Assembly: GCA_021648085.1 (NCBI GenBank)
Contig: JAKITS010000001.1
Location: 324,948-388,947 of the forward strand
Length of the DNA: 64,000 bases
Source of the DNA: Candidatus Magasanikiibacteriota bacterium
Lineage (GTDB): Bacteria; Patescibacteriota; Patescibacteriia; Magasanikbacterales; UBA922
Reading direction: 5' to 3'
Numbering within the stretch: position 1 is the first letter of the stretch; every line of letters begins with the position of its first letter. Under the pieces are notes generated by a model. It saw nothing but the letters and a program-made list of their open reading frames with translations. It ran no database searches and was not told the DNA's origin. This document shows, one piece after another, positions 60,791-64,000 of this stretch. Both the position numbers and the translations under genes were made by a program.

Positions 60791-61023
60791 TTTCGCTCCG
60801 ACTCAAGCCGGGGTGCTACGCGCTCTCGCACCCTTCGAATCCCGACACAGGCAAAGACTTTTGCCTGCTCTCTCTCCTTCACTTCGTTGCGGAAAGGGCG
60901 GGATTCCTTTCGCTCCGACTCAAGCCGGGGTGCTACGCGCTCTCGCACCCTTCGAATCCCGACACAGGCAAAGACTTTTGCCTGCTCTCTCTCCTTCACT
61001 TCGTTGCGGAAAGGGCGGGATTC
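60791..61023. repeat. Exact tandem duplication (116-nt copies, period 117) of the tRNA-Ser 3' end and trailer
   Basis: 60791-60906 is identical to 60908-61023. Confidence 0.9.
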
Positions 61024-61093
61024 GAACCCACGGTACGATTTCTCGTACACATGCTTTCCAAGCATGCGCATTAAACCACTCTGCCACCTTTCC
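61007..61093 (-). tRNA. tRNA-Ser(GGA)
   Basis: GGAAAGG/CCTTTCC acceptor, CATGC-TTGGAAA-GCATG, long variable arm, G73. Confidence 0.95.
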
Positions 61094-61102
61094 AATTTTA
61101 TT

Positions 61103-61873
61103 TTATGTACTTTTTTTATTTATTTTATAAAATAAAAATATTCCACTTATCAAAAGAATAATAGCAAAATATTGAGCTGGAGTCAATCCTAAATACCTAA
61201 CATCTGCATGTGCTATATCTACTGCCCTAAAAAAATCCAACACAAAACGCATAAAACCATATTCTGTGAGTAAAATAATTGTAAACCAACCGTCGCCAAA
61301 TTTTACTTTTTTTCTAAGAATCAAAAAAATAATAGCCACAGGAATCAACCACAAAATTTCTAGCAATGCCATTTCTAGTCTTGCTCCGTCTGGCGTATTT
61401 ATAGCAAGAAAAAAGTCTACTTTTTGACCCAAATGATCGTGAATTGCAAAACACCCAAGCCTGCCAACAATCCAACCAAAAATTGCAGAAAAACTTAGTA
61501 AATCTGCAATCTTCAAATATATTTCTTTATTCCAACTTCTACTTGAACCGTAAATAAAAAATCCCAAAACTGCACCGAATAAACCACCAAAAGAAGAAAA
61601 TCCACCGTTCCAAACTTTGAATATTTCAAAAGGATTGCTGAAAAAGAAAGAAGGCTCATAAAATGCAATGTGAAAAATTCTAGCAAATAAAAAACCTAAA
61701 ACAATAATTAACAACATCAAATTGGTCAAACTCTCTGAATCCATTCCAACTTCTTTTGATTTTTTAAGTAAGATTATAAAAGAAGTCAAAAAACCAAGTG
61801 CAACAAAGAAACCCCAAGCATAAATTGTCAAAGGACCTATATTAAAACTTAGATATTGAAACCACGGAATCAT
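61103..61873 (-). CDS. lgt: Prolipoprotein diacylglyceryl transferase
   Basis: [38 protein letters not shown]. Confidence 0.85.
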   Translation of the reverse strand: MIPWFQYLSFNIGPLTIYAWGFFVALGFLTSFIILLKKSKEVGMDSESLTNLMLLIIVLGFLFARIFHIAFYEPSFFFSNPFEIFKVWNGGFSSFGGLFGAVLGFFIYGSSRSWNKEIYLKIADLLSFSAIFGWIVGRLGCFAIHDHLGQKVDFFLAINTPDGARLEMALLEILWLIPVAIIFLILRKKVKFGDGWFTIILLTEYGFMRFVLDFFRAVDIAHADVRYLGLTPAQYFAIILLISGIFLFYKINKKST

Positions 61874-61878
61874 AAAAA

Positions 61879-63210
61879 CTATTTCTCTTTTCTAGACTTT
61901 TTTATAATTTCAACAATTTCTTCTTCATTATCAACAATATGAAACAAATCCAAATCTTCACTATTAATTGTTTTAAATTGCTCTACCAAAACTTTTCTTA
62001 TAAACTCTTTCAAAGGTCCCCAAAACTCTGTGTCATACAAAATAATTGGAAGTTTTGCCATCTTTCCAGTCTGTACCAAAGCCAAAACCTCAAAAAGCTG
62101 ATGAAGTGTACCTAGTCTTCCTGGGAAAAATACAAAACCTTTTGAAGGTGCTGTCACCAACAATTTCCTTACAAATGGAAAACTCGTCACCATTGAACGG
62201 GTCACATATTCATTTAAAGGTGCTTTGTCATTCAATTTCATTGCAATTCCAATGGAATCTCCTCCGGCTTCTTTTACACCCTTATTTACAGCTTCTGCCG
62301 CCCCAATTCCCCCACCTGTCACAACTGCAAAACCTTCTTCTGCCAATTTTGTTCCTAGGTTGTTTGCAACATTGTAATATCTATTATCTTTTTTTATACT
62401 TTTTGAACCAAGCACTGTCACATCTTCTACCAAACCAGTCAAAAATTCAAAACCTTCTACAAGCTCTGCCATAATTCTAAAAATCTTCCAATCAATTTTT
62501 TCATCGCACACAAAATTCATTGGCGCTAATTCACAAATATTTATATCTTCTACATCTTTTACTATTTTCTCCACCTCTTCAACACTATCCACAATTCTCC
62601 ATCTTTGAATTTCTTCTTTGTGTTCGCATACCAATTTTTTACAACTTTCATTTAAAAAATTTATAATTGGATTCCAAAATTCACTTCCAACCAAAATTAA
62701 AGGTGAACGATACATCTTTCCCAAATCCATCATATCTACAATTTCAAAGAATTCATCCATTGTTCCATAACCACCAGGAAAAAATACAAATGCGTGAGCT
62801 GGAGCAGTAAGCATTACTTTTCTAGTGAAAAAATAATGAAATGCTGTGGACTGTTTTACATAAGGATTTATCCTTTGTTCAAAAGGAAGTTGGATATTTA
62901 GACCAACACTTTCACCTCCAGCTTCTGTTGCACCCCTATTTCCTGCTTCCATAATTCCTGGGCCTCCACCAGTCACAGTTGTGATACCATGTTTTGCCAA
63001 AACAGACCCAACCTCTTGCGCCAAATTGTAATATTTACTATTTTCCGGAAGACGCGCAGAACCCATTATTGTGACGACTTTTTTAAATTGAGACAAAAAC
63101 TGATAACCATCTACAAATTCAGACATTATACGAAAAATTCGCCAAGTATCACGAAATTCTCCTGTTTCATTTAATGCAGAAAATTCTTGCTTTTTTATTT
63201 CTTTTTTCAT
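61879..63210 (-). CDS. Tandem two-domain LOG (TIGR00730) family protein
   Basis: Domain 1 GSAR, TGGGPGIMEA, PGGYGTMDE; domain 2 GSKS, TGGGIG, PGRLGTLHQ. Confidence 0.88.
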   Translation of the reverse strand: MKKEIKKQEFSALNETGEFRDTWRIFRIMSEFVDGYQFLSQFKKVVTIMGSARLPENSKYYNLAQEVGSVLAKHGITTVTGGGPGIMEAGNRGATEAGGESVGLNIQLPFEQRINPYVKQSTAFHYFFTRKVMLTAPAHAFVFFPGGYGTMDEFFEIVDMMDLGKMYRSPLILVGSEFWNPIINFLNESCKKLVCEHKEEIQRWRIVDSVEEVEKIVKDVEDINICELAPMNFVCDEKIDWKIFRIMAELVEGFEFLTGLVEDVTVLGSKSIKKDNRYYNVANNLGTKLAEEGFAVVTGGGIGAAEAVNKGVKEAGGDSIGIAMKLNDKAPLNEYVTRSMVTSFPFVRKLLVTAPSKGFVFFPGRLGTLHQLFEVLALVQTGKMAKLPIILYDTEFWGPLKEFIRKVLVEQFKTINSEDLDLFHIVDNEEEIVEIIKKSRKEK

Positions 63211-64000
63211 AATTTATTTCCAATTCTTAAAACTAAATCTTCTCTAAGTCTAGGCCCTATAATTTGTGTACCAATTGGCAGTTTTGACTTTGTAAATCCT
63301 GTTGGTACAGACATTGCCGGCACTCCTGCCACAGACGCAGGACTTACAAAAATATCAGACAAATACATTGCCAAAACATCATCTTTTTTCTCCCCCAATC
63401 CAAATGCTGGGAATGGTGAAGTTGGTGTTATTAGTACATCAACCCCTCTAAACACTTCTTCAAAATCACGAATTATCAAAGTCCTCACTCTTTGTGCCTT
63501 TTTATAATAAGCATTATAATATCCAGCAGATAAAACATAAGTTCCCATCATAATTCTTCTTTTTACCTCGTCTGGAAATCCTCGTCCACGAGAATGTGCA
63601 TACAAACTATACAAATCACCTTGCCCTAAACGAACTCCATAACGAATTCCATCTAGTCTTCCCAAATTTGAACTGTCTTCACTGGAAACTGTAATGTAAT
63701 AAACTGAAATTGCATATTTTGTGTGTGGAAGTGAGACTTCTTTTATTTCACAACCTGCTTTTTTTAATTTATCAATCTGAGCTTCTACATTTTTTCTAAC
63801 CTCTTCATCCAATCCATCCACTTCAAAATATTCTTTTGGAACTCCAACCTTCAAACCATTTACTCCTTTTTCCAGTTCTGCCAAATAATTTGGTACCGGA
63901 TTTGGAACTGTTGTACTATCTTTTTTATCTTGCCCAGCCATTACTTCCATTATTATAGAAATATCTTCCACTGTTTTTGCCATTGGCCCAACAGTATCCA
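63207..64000 (-). CDS. gatA: Asp/Glu-tRNA amidotransferase subunit A, 5' end beyond the window
   Basis: DTVGPMAKTVED, SSNLGRLDGIRYG, EVKRRIMMGTYVLSAGYY.AYY.KA, MYLSD. Confidence 0.95.
   Translation of the reverse strand, partial: DTVGPMAKTVEDISIIMEVMAGQDKKDSTTVPNPVPNYLAELEKGVNGLKVGVPKEYFEVDGLDEEVRKNVEAQIDKLKKAGCEIKEVSLPHTKYAISVYYITVSSEDSSNLGRLDGIRYGVRLGQGDLYSLYAHSRGRGFPDEVKRRIMMGTYVLSAGYYNAYYKKAQRVRTLIIRDFEEVFRGVDVLITPTSPFPAFGLGEKKDDVLAMYLSDIFVSPASVAGVPAMSVPTGFTKSKLPIGTQIIGPRLREDLVLRIGNKL

Noticed and set aside
60754-61135. Four overlapping ORFs with 39-aa repeats
   Set aside because: Artefacts of the GC-rich 117-bp repeat and tRNA-Ser.

Overview
A 64-kb, AT-rich chromosomal segment read in the standard code (TGA is a stop). 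Gene content and style point to a Patescibacteria/CPR bacterium (inference): ProRS without an editing domain, single-chain UvrD-nuclease, DciA, Translin-like protein, and housekeeping genes without Shine-Dalgarno sites. Almost all housekeeping genes are on the minus strand: lysS, greA, mreBCD-mrdA, proS, a complete F0F1 ATP synthase operon, an RND transporter, a copper/heavy-metal cluster, a DEAD-box helicase, ABC-F, ftsEX, prsA, murE, a P-type ATPase, ftsW-murG, dsbA/VKOR, lgt and gatA. There are four tRNAs: Asn (split by a 389-nt group I intron inside the anticodon), Gln, Lys and Ser. The most interesting unexplained structures are: (1) the ATP synthase operon ends in a zeta/CDCA-type carbonic-anhydrase-like gene, followed by an unannotated 31-aa, 8-Cys metallothionein-like gene; (2) a repeat-delimited array of four self-contained small membrane-protein cassettes behind tRNA-Lys, part of a wider class of orphan modules with promoter, SD and terminator, several also with a boxA-like motif; (3) structured tRNA 3' trailers carrying an antisense copy of their own tRNA T-arm; (4) a promoter-driven ~210-nt structured ncRNA whose 5' domain resembles a divergent SRP RNA. 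All calls come from reading motifs by eye; no searches were run.
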